DNA of 12,244 nucleotides from a virus (Duplodnaviria; Heunggongvirae; Uroviricota; Caudoviricetes): IMG/VR virus record IMGVR_UViG_3300027312_000135; one strand, 5' to 3'. Shown piece by piece: positions 6,096 to 12,058 of this stretch (position 1 is its first letter; each line of letters starts with the position of its first letter). The notes under the pieces were generated by a model. It saw only the letters and a program-made list of their open reading frames with translations, ran no database searches and was not told where the DNA came from. The position numbers and the translations under genes were made by a program.

Positions 6096-6368
6096 ATGTG
6101 CAATTGCATTGAAGAGGCTGGCCAGAAGGTCCGGGAGCAGATGCTCAAAAGCAAACCGGATGATGCCGAAATCGACGAAAGCTGGGGAGCCAGCGGCTGG
6201 GATAATCAGGTCATGTCGCTCGGCGATGGCAAAATTCGCGTGATGCTCAATTACAAAATGGGCTGGTATCCACGCAAGAAAGACGGCAGCCGCGCTAAGA
6301 ACGCAAGCCGCAAAGAAATGGCCGTGAAGATGAGTCACTGCCCTTTCTGTGGCGTCAGCCTTGAGTGA
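6096..6368 (+). CDS. Hypothetical small zinc-binding protein (CxC ... CPFC), 90 aa
   Basis: AGGAGA SD 6 nt before the ATG at 6096. Cys pairs at both ends (MCNC... and ...HCPFCGVSLE) suggest a zinc ribbon. Confidence 0.6.
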   Translation: MCNCIEEAGQKVREQMLKSKPDDAEIDESWGASGWDNQVMSLGDGKIRVMLNYKMGWYPRKKDGSRAKNASRKEMAVKMSHCPFCGVSLE

Positions 6369-6461
6369 CACCGCAATGGCCTGTTACGGCAGGTCATGAC
6401 GGTGCATTTGCACCAGACGCGTAATGAGCCGCAGTGCGGTACGAGAGTTTTTCGCCTTTGG

Positions 6462-6491
6462 CTCCTGCAGGAATGCAGGGGCCATTTTTTT
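6462..6491 (+). terminator. Candidate intrinsic terminator
   Basis: Hairpin CCTGCA-GGAA-TGCAGG (stem extendable to 8 bp) followed by CCA then TTTTTTT at 6485..6491. Confidence 0.45.
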
Positions 6492-6522
6492 AACCAAACC
6501 AACCGAATTAAGGATGTCCACG

Positions 6523-6660
6523 ATGAATCTTGCGATCGCGGGCGGCACCATCGTGGATGCCGCTCAGCTTTACCCTTCCCAGTTAACCCGCTTAACAGAA
6601 CGCCTGCGCACCATTTGTCGCTGGCTGAAAGACACCCTGATGCAGCCAGGGAGACCCTAA
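6523..6660 (+). CDS. Hypothetical small protein (45 aa)
   Basis: ATG at 6523 with an AAGGA SD 9 nt upstream; stop TAA overlaps the next ATG (TAATG). Translation MNLAIAGGTIVDAAQLYPSQLTRLTERLRTICRWLKDTLMQPGRP. Confidence 0.35.
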   Translation: MNLAIAGGTIVDAAQLYPSQLTRLTERLRTICRWLKDTLMQPGRP

Positions 6661-6773
6661 TGAAAATTCGTTACTTCCAGAAAGCGCAGGAGCTTTCACG
6701 CGAGGCCCATCTGTTCGGCGACAGCGCGAAGTGGGCTATGGCAATGCTGTTGTTACGGAGAGCGCACCAGTGA
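6660..6773 (+). CDS. Hypothetical small protein (37 aa)
   Basis: ATG at 6660 overlaps the previous stop; its own TGA stop overlaps the GTG start of the next gene (GTGA). Translation MKIRYFQKAQELSREAHLFGDSAKWAMAMLLLRRAHQ. Confidence 0.3.
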   Translation: MKIRYFQKAQELSREAHLFGDSAKWAMAMLLLRRAHQ

Positions 6774-7081
6774 AACTTTCATGGCGAGCAAAACAGGAAG
6801 TCGAGGAGATTATGAAAAATCTCTCTGAGACCGATTTAGAGCGCATCGGCGATGAAGCCGACTCGATGATGGACCAGCACAAGATTAACCCGCTGATGAC
6901 CGCGCTGTGCGCGTTCCTGCCTAAGCACTTCGATTACCCCGCTGTCGAGCTGGTCGACGAAGACGACGAGCAGTACGAAGCCGCCGAAAACTTCCTGCGC
7001 GATGCGCTGGTGAAAGTCGCTAAGCGGGACATGGCGATCGCCATCTGGAAAAGCCGAAACAGCTTCGATGAGGTGGCGTGA
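6770..7081 (+). CDS. Hypothetical acidic protein (about 103 aa) immediately upstream of the exonuclease
   Basis: GTG at 6770 with a GGAGAG SD 7 nt upstream (alternative ATG at 6812); stop overlaps the exonuclease start (TGATG). Acidic stretch VELVDEDDEQYEAAENF. Confidence 0.5.
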   Translation: MKLSWRAKQEVEEIMKNLSETDLERIGDEADSMMDQHKINPLMTALCAFLPKHFDYPAVELVDEDDEQYEAAENFLRDALVKVAKRDMAIAIWKSRNSFDEVA

Positions 7082-7899
7082 TGCAGCCTGGCATCTATTA
7101 CGACATCAGCAACGAGTCGTACCACAGCGGCCCCGGCATCAGTAAATCGCAGCTGGACGACATCGCGATCAACCCGGCCATCTTTCAGTGGCGCAAAGAA
7201 GCGCCAGAGGACGAAGAGAAGAAATCGGCACTGGATATGGGCACGGCCCTGCACTGCCTGCTGCTGGAGCCTGAAGAGTTTGATCACCGCTTCATCGTGG
7301 CGCCCGAGTTTAACCGCCGCACCAATGAAGGAAAGGCGAACGAGAAAGCCTTTCTGCAGGACTGCGCCGGGCTGGGCATGACGGTGATGGACGCCGAGGA
7401 AGGTCGCAAGCTGAAGCTTATGCAGGCCAGCGCCCTCGCCCACCCGGCCGCACGCTGGTTACTGGAGGCAGAAGGCCATCAGGAGGCGTCAATCTACTGG
7501 AATGATGAGCAGACAGGCGAACTTTGCCGGATCAGGTCAGACAAGTTTCTTTCGGAACAGCCCGTCATCGTTGACGTGAAAAAAGTGGCTGATATGTCCC
7601 GCTTCGCCCGGCACGTCGAAGAGTTCCGCTATCACGTTCAGGACGCCTATTACCGCGAGGGCTTCAGTCAGCATTTCGGCGAATACCCGCTTTTCGTTTT
7701 TATCGCCGTCAGCGAGTCGATCGACTGCGGCCGGTATCCGGTGCGCACCTTCCAGCTGCAGGAGGACGATGTTTCCGTGGGCTACGACCTCTTTCGCCGC
7801 GACCTGAACACCTATCACGAATGCATGCTGACCGGTAACTGGGGCGGCATCGAAGAAATCACGCGCCCGGACTGGGCAAAAAGGAAGGATTACGCATGA
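7081..7899 (+). CDS. PD-(D/E)xK family exonuclease (RecE-like partner of the annealing protein)
   Basis: GAGGTG SD 6 nt before the ATG at 7081. N-terminus MQPGIYYDISNESYHSGPGISKSQLDDI and an IVDVKK (D-x-K) block resemble the prophage exodeoxyribonuclease VIII-like nucleases I recall. Coupled to the downstream SSAP gene (ATGA). Confidence 0.6.
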   Translation: MQPGIYYDISNESYHSGPGISKSQLDDIAINPAIFQWRKEAPEDEEKKSALDMGTALHCLLLEPEEFDHRFIVAPEFNRRTNEGKANEKAFLQDCAGLGMTVMDAEEGRKLKLMQASALAHPAARWLLEAEGHQEASIYWNDEQTGELCRIRSDKFLSEQPVIVDVKKVADMSRFARHVEEFRYHVQDAYYREGFSQHFGEYPLFVFIAVSESIDCGRYPVRTFQLQEDDVSVGYDLFRRDLNTYHECMLTGNWGGIEEITRPDWAKRKDYA

Positions 7900-8798
7900 G
7901 CAACGAAATTACGCACCCGCCGGTCAACGAGGCCGACACCAAAGCGGCAATTTTCAGCCCGAGCGCATTGCAGAAGCTGCAGGCGTTTGCCGAAGTGATG
8001 GCAATGGGAAAAGTCACAGTTCCCGCCCACCTGGCTGGTAAACCCGCCGATTGTCTCGCTGTCGCGCTTCAGGCTGCACAGTGGGGCATGAACCCCTACG
8101 CAGTGGCGCAGAAAACACATGCCGTTAACGGCACGCTGGGCTACGAAGCGCAACTGGTAAACGCCGTCATAACCAGCTCTACGGCCGTGCAGGGTCGCTT
8201 CAAATATGAGTACGGCGGCGACTGGGAGAAGTTCAAGCCCGGCGCAGCTAACGCGGCGAATGAACGCGGCCTGTTTGTCCGGGTCGGCGCCGTGCTGCGC
8301 GGCGAGACGGAAATCACCTGGGGCGAGCCGCTGTTTCTGGAGTTCGTAACCACCCGCAACTCTCCGCTCTGGAAAACAGCGCCGAAGCAGCAGCTGGCTT
8401 ATCTGGCCGTCAAATACTGGGCGCGCCTCTACTGCCCTGACGTCATCCTCGGCGTTTACACCCCAGATGAGTTTGAACCGGCGCAGCGCGCGGAACGTGA
8501 TGTTACCCCAGCACGCAGCCGTGCAGACCTGAACAACCTGATCAACAGCAAGCCCGAAACGCAGCAGCCCGAGCGCGAAATTAACCCGGCGACTAACACC
8601 AGTGCACCAGCGCGCACGCCGGACGAGCTCCTTGCCGATTTCACCACCGCTGCAGCTGAAGCGGAAAACGTTGCCGGTCTGGACCGCTGCTACAAATACG
8701 CGGCACGCATGCTGGCTAATGATGGTCAAGATCTTGTAAAGGCGACGAAGGTTTATCAGATACGCAAGAAAGAACTTAGCGATTCAGATTTAGGATAA
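7896..8798 (+). CDS. bet: Red-beta/RecT-superfamily single-strand annealing protein
   Basis: AAGGAAGGA SD upstream. Blocks GMNPY, WKTAPKQQLAYLAVKYWARL and ERDVTP parallel lambda Bet GLNPW, WQSHPKRMLRHKAMIQCARL and ERDITP as recalled. Confidence 0.7.
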   Translation: MSNEITHPPVNEADTKAAIFSPSALQKLQAFAEVMAMGKVTVPAHLAGKPADCLAVALQAAQWGMNPYAVAQKTHAVNGTLGYEAQLVNAVITSSTAVQGRFKYEYGGDWEKFKPGAANAANERGLFVRVGAVLRGETEITWGEPLFLEFVTTRNSPLWKTAPKQQLAYLAVKYWARLYCPDVILGVYTPDEFEPAQRAERDVTPARSRADLNNLINSKPETQQPEREINPATNTSAPARTPDELLADFTTAAAEAENVAGLDRCYKYAARMLANDGQDLVKATKVYQIRKKELSDSDLG

Positions 8799-8837
8799 AC
8801 ATGTAGTACACTTATAGCTCTATAAAATTCAAAAAAT

Positions 8838-8861
8838 ATTTCCCCTCAGCCGAGGGGAAAT
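8838..8861. terminator. Bidirectional intrinsic terminator between the convergent bet operon and the small-peptide operon
   Basis: Perfect 10 bp inverted repeat ATTTCCCCTC-AGCC-GAGGGGAAAT. On the minus strand it is followed directly by ATTTTTT; on the plus strand a T7 run lies 9 nt downstream. Confidence 0.6.
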
Positions 8862-8863
8862 GA

Positions 8864-9004
8864 TTAAGGTTTTTTTGGCGGTGGGGCTGGTTGCGTAACT
8901 TGTTTAGCTGGTTTATAACCCTCGTTTACTGGCTGTGATTTCGGTTGATAACCATAGTCATATGGTTGATATCCATCTTCTTTGAACCTTTTTTCATTGG
9001 CCAT
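8864..9004 (-). CDS. Small Pro/Lys/Tyr-rich peptide A (46 aa), paralogue 3 of 3, ends PPPKKP
   Basis: Not in the track. ATG at 9004..9002, TAA at 8866..8864. Translation MANEKRFKEDGYQPYDYGYQPKSQPVNEGYKPAKQVTQPAPPPKKP. Its SD is the weakest of the three. Confidence 0.5.
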   Translation of the reverse strand: MANEKRFKEDGYQPYDYGYQPKSQPVNEGYKPAKQVTQPAPPPKKP

Positions 9005-9033
9005 TTTTACACTCATCTTCAATTACTTAAATA

Positions 9034-9177
9034 TTATGGTTTTTTAGGGGGAGGTACGGGCTGTGTTACTTGTTTTGAAGGTTTGTAACCCTTTTCGACA
9101 GGCTTCTCTTTTGGCTGATACCCACGATCGGTATTATCACCGTTAAATTTAGAATACTTCTGGTTAAATAATTTCAT
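9034..9177 (-). CDS. Small Pro/Lys/Tyr-rich peptide B (47 aa), paralogue 2 of 3, ends PPPKKP
   Basis: Not in the track. ATG at 9177..9175 with GAGGTAGGAAACGGT upstream; TAA at 9036..9034. Translation MKLFNQKYSKFNGDNTDRGYQPKEKPVEKGYKPSKQVTQPVPPPKKP. Confidence 0.55.
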   Translation of the reverse strand: MKLFNQKYSKFNGDNTDRGYQPKEKPVEKGYKPSKQVTQPVPPPKKP

Positions 9178-9191
9178 ACCGTTTCCTACCT

Positions 9192-9335
9192 CTATGGCTT
9201 TTTTGGAGGAGGTGCAGGAGGGGTAACCTGTTTCGGAGGTATATAACCACCATTAACACCATTGCTACTCTGGTTTTTACTTTGAGCTCTAGGTTGATAA
9301 CCATCTTGAGCTATGCCTTTATTTTTTTGCATCAT
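9192..9335 (-). CDS. Small Pro/Lys/Tyr-rich peptide C (47 aa), paralogue 1 of 3, ends PPPKKP
   Basis: Not in the track. ATG at 9335..9333 (or 9332) with a GGAGAA SD; TAG at 9194..9192. Translation MMQKNKGIAQDGYQPRAQSKNQSSNGVNGGYIPPKQVTPPAPPPKKP. Confidence 0.55.
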   Translation of the reverse strand: MMQKNKGIAQDGYQPRAQSKNQSSNGVNGGYIPPKQVTPPAPPPKKP

Positions 9336-9355
9336 ACATTCTCCAATGGAAATAA

Positions 9356-9943
9356 CTACGTTTCATAAAATTCAATCTTTTCAATATCTTTAGAGAGAAT
9401 AAGCACGCCCTGAGTCTTATCTTTGACGCTATCAAAACCACCGTCGCTATTAATGTGCCAACTTTGCTCTAAATAGAGTTGCTCTGGTTCAGGAGCGCTG
9501 GAAGCAAAAGAGTCACTACCATAATACCCGCCTATAGTCTTTCCGTCTTTTAAAGTAACAACGACCCAAGCCGTTTTACGCAATCCAAAATAATAATCCC
9601 AAGATCTTCCTGTTGGGTGTGGTAATAAGTTCTTTATCCATGGCAAAACTCTGGCCTTAGAGAAAATAAGCGCCAATAGAATAGGGCTTATTATCAAAAC
9701 AATCATATAAAAACAAAAGTAAATGAACGGGTGAGAAAACTTAAAGCCCAGCCCTTCAAAATAATATATTGGAATAAACCAAATCGCGTGATTGATGCAA
9801 CTGTAAGATACAACTTCTACTATCGCTTTTGAAGTATCTATTTGTACTGTAGGATGAAAAACATTATATGCTTTCATGCTTAGAAAGCCAGGAACGACAA
9901 AAAGGATAAAAATAAATAACTTACTACTATTCCAGATATCCAT
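9356..9943 (-). CDS. Membrane protein (about 3 TM helices in the N-terminal half, soluble C-terminal domain), function unknown
   Basis: Track ORF. Hydrophobic segments KLFIFILFVVPGFL, AIWFIPIYYF and FIYFCFYMIVLIISPILLALIF, then a roughly 95 aa hydrophilic C-terminus. AT-rich codon usage unlike the flanking phage genes. First gene of an operon that continues into the three peptide genes. Confidence 0.7.
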   Translation of the reverse strand: MDIWNSSKLFIFILFVVPGFLSMKAYNVFHPTVQIDTSKAIVEVVSYSCINHAIWFIPIYYFEGLGFKFSHPFIYFCFYMIVLIISPILLALIFSKARVLPWIKNLLPHPTGRSWDYYFGLRKTAWVVVTLKDGKTIGGYYGSDSFASSAPEPEQLYLEQSWHINSDGGFDSVKDKTQGVLILSKDIEKIEFYET

Positions 9944-10120
9944 TAGAGTTTTCTTCGAGTGATTTTTCTTTAAAAGAGCAAAACTGCACCTTCATGTCAA
10001 TAATTTTTTAGATGATTTTAAAGTATTACTAGTTTTCTTGATGAACAACACATAGCAGAGAAATACATGATGATAAGGTATACGTGGGCATGCCCCAACG
10101 ATGTCAATTCCAAGGAGCTT

Positions 10121-10246
10121 ATGAACATGCCGGTAATAGTTACGAAGTGGAGATGCAGCAGCCGGAAGCGGCTAAAGTTTTACCGTGATGGGTCGATGCA
10201 GTTACCGGAGGGTTACGATCCGATTTATCAGAAAGAGGGGGATTGA
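10121..10246 (+). CDS. Hypothetical small protein (41 aa), coupled to the downstream 219 aa gene
   Basis: Not in the track. ATG at 10121 (alternative 10127) with an AAGGAG SD; TGA stop overlaps the next ATG (TGATG). Translation MNMPVIVTKWRCSSRKRLKFYRDGSMQLPEGYDPIYQKEGD. Confidence 0.4.
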   Translation: MNMPVIVTKWRCSSRKRLKFYRDGSMQLPEGYDPIYQKEGD

Positions 10247-10905
10247 TGTTCGAGCTATTTGATAAGAGATATTCCCATAGGATATCAGAAGCTCTTAAAG
10301 AGAAAGTTCGCACTGACATAGATGGGCCAGGATTCATTGCTCGGGGGATTCTTGAGGCTATTCGCTTACTAGAAGGTGAAAACGTAGCGCAGTCCACAAG
10401 AGCGATGCGACATAAGGAGCGAGAACTAAAAGGGGAACTAGAAGGTTTTTTTCATATTCACGTTGCAGAAGACAATTTTAGTAGATTAATGAATAATTTT
10501 GGTGGGAAGCCCTCTAAACCAATAAAAAACCCCAGACCAGATGAATTGATTGCTTATGCCACAAATCAAGTCTTAAAAGCATATGTTAAAAAATTTAGCA
10601 TCCCTTATAGTAGTGATGACACTCAACATTTGAGGGATGCCATAATTAACAGCAGCCATGCGAAGAAGATTGGCGCTGATAATATTTTTGATTCAATTCA
10701 GAAGCAAATACCTATGATGATAGACAAGGTATTTTTTTCAAACAATAAAGTTAGTGGCGATTGGTTATTATATAAAAAACACAGCGATGGTAAAAACTAT
10801 TACCTTGATTTCACAGTACATGTAGAATCAGAAGATACGCAGCGCCAAATTGAACTTCGAGCGTCTTTGAATAAATCTTTCCAAGAACTTATCAAACAAC
10901 ATTAA
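10246..10905 (+). CDS. Hypothetical soluble protein (219 aa), no recognisable domain
   Basis: Track ORF trimmed to the ATG at 10246, with a GAGGGGG SD 5-6 nt upstream. AT-rich codon usage. No TM segments or catalytic motif recognised by eye. Followed by an intrinsic terminator. Confidence 0.7.
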   Translation: MFELFDKRYSHRISEALKEKVRTDIDGPGFIARGILEAIRLLEGENVAQSTRAMRHKERELKGELEGFFHIHVAEDNFSRLMNNFGGKPSKPIKNPRPDELIAYATNQVLKAYVKKFSIPYSSDDTQHLRDAIINSSHAKKIGADNIFDSIQKQIPMMIDKVFFSNNKVSGDWLLYKKHSDGKNYYLDFTVHVESEDTQRQIELRASLNKSFQELIKQH

Positions 10906-10921
10906 TTCTTAATAACTTTGA

Positions 10922-10942
10922 CCTGCTCCGGCAGGTTTTTTT
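10922..10942 (+). terminator. Intrinsic terminator (CCTGC-TCCG-GCAGG followed by T7)
   Basis: Perfect 5-6 bp stem, 4 nt loop, TTTTTTT at 10936..10942, then the linker ACGCCTAAATT, which matches the linker after the terminator at 6051..6071. Confidence 0.55.
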
Positions 10943-10965
10943 ACGCCTAAATTTCGGAAATGACT

Positions 10966-11178
10966 ATGAATTTTCCAGATCCAGCAGACGAAGCAGCAGA
11001 ACGCGAACAGCAGCTGATAGAGGTAGCGCTGGCGAACAGGCCGGTTCCGCTGATGACTTACACAGGTAAATGTCACTACTGCGAAGAGCCAATCGACAAG
11101 GGGCATTTCTGCAGCGATGAATGTCGAACCGATCATGAGCGTATTCAGCATGCTCTTCGCAACAAAAAGGTGGCATGA
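10966..11178 (+). CDS. Small C4 zinc-ribbon protein (about 70 aa)
   Basis: CHYCEEPIDKGHFCSDEC gives four Cys in a C-x2-C-x9-C-x3-C arrangement. Alternative start at 10960. Stop overlaps the next ATG (ATGA). Confidence 0.6.
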   Translation: MNFPDPADEAAEREQQLIEVALANRPVPLMTYTGKCHYCEEPIDKGHFCSDECRTDHERIQHALRNKKVA

Positions 11179-11390
11179 CGCCGCAAACTGAAAACGCACT
11201 AAGGGCCGTAGCGCGTAAGTGCAGGAGCGAGATTCTTAAAGCCATTGATGGCACAGAACACGACCGCATCATAACCATCCTTCTCGATAAGCACGCCAAA
11301 ACCGTTCAATGCCTACCGCCAGGCACATTCCCGGCAAAACGCTGGCTGTCCTTCTATGTGCGGCAGGTAGATAAGGAAATTCGCCAGTGA
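11175..11390 (+). CDS. Hypothetical protein (71 aa)
   Basis: Track ORF coupled at both ends (ATGA upstream, GTGA downstream). No family recognised. Confidence 0.55.
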   Translation: MTPQTENALRAVARKCRSEILKAIDGTEHDRIITILLDKHAKTVQCLPPGTFPAKRWLSFYVRQVDKEIRQ

Positions 11391-11959
11391 ATATCGTTAA
11401 TGACTATGGCGACAGCACCACACCGCCCGAACACCGTGACAGCTGGCAGACGTCGCCGGAAATATTTGCTGCGCTGAACCGCAATTTCCGCTTTGTGGCT
11501 GATGTTGCGGCGAGCGAGCATAACCACCTGCTCCCGGTTTACTTCACCGAAAAGGACGACGCGCTGGCGCAGGACTGGGCCGGACAACTGCCACTGGGGA
11601 TCACCTGGTGCAATCCGACCTATAGCGACATTTCTCCCTGGGTGAAGAAAGCCGCGGAGGAATGCCGTAAAGGGATCGGCATCGTGATGCTTGTTCCCGC
11701 TGACACTTCGGTCGGCTGGTTCAGCCTGGCGCGGAACTCATGCACCGAGGTGCGCTTCATTATCGACGGTCGACTCTCGTTTATTCGCGCTGATACAGGC
11801 AAGCCGGTCAACGGCAACAATAAGGGATCGATGCTGTTGATCTGGAACCCGTTCACCTCAGATTTTGGCATAACCGGGCATGTCTCGCGTGACACGCTAA
11901 TGGCGATCGGACGGAAGCTATTGTCCGAACGGGAGCCTGCCGACGAGCGCGCCGCATGA
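11387..11959 (+). CDS. Phage Dam-family DNA N6-adenine methyltransferase
   Basis: Blocks DSWQTSPEIFAALN, TWCNPTYSD (the (D/N)PPY-type motif, here NPTY) and IVMLVPADTSVGWF match the small prophage Dam-type methyltransferases as recalled. GTG start at 11387 overlaps the previous stop. Confidence 0.8.
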   Translation: MNIVNDYGDSTTPPEHRDSWQTSPEIFAALNRNFRFVADVAASEHNHLLPVYFTEKDDALAQDWAGQLPLGITWCNPTYSDISPWVKKAAEECRKGIGIVMLVPADTSVGWFSLARNSCTEVRFIIDGRLSFIRADTGKPVNGNNKGSMLLIWNPFTSDFGITGHVSRDTLMAIGRKLLSEREPADERAA

Positions 11960-12058
11960 CAGCCACCATAAAGAAGCCGACATGGGCTGGATTATCACTA
12001 ATCTGGCCCTTTTTATTTGTATCGTGCTGGCCTGGCTATGGCCGCCAAAGGAGTAGAT

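Noticed and set aside
5778-6371. Minus-strand ORF 5778..6371 (197 aa)
   Set aside because: Antisense to the plus-strand 6096..6368 gene (which has a good SD) and to the plus-strand terminator; no start context; lies within a plus-strand operon.
6396-6773. Track ORFs 6396..6773 and 6424..6660 as full-length genes
   Set aside because: Their 5' parts run through an intrinsic terminator hairpin and T-run (6462..6491). Only the 3' portions with SD or coupling signals were kept, as low-confidence small ORFs.
6934-8729. Long minus-strand ORFs 6934..7443, 7537..7818, 7890..8729, 8141..8359, 8456..8647
   Set aside because: Antisense to the exonuclease and Red-beta-like genes in a GC-rich stretch, where long antisense frames arise by chance. 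The plus-strand genes have family motifs and coupled starts.
10140-10397. Minus-strand ORF 10140..10397 (85 aa)
   Set aside because: Overlaps the SD and start of the 219 aa plus-strand gene and the 41 aa ORF; no start context of its own.
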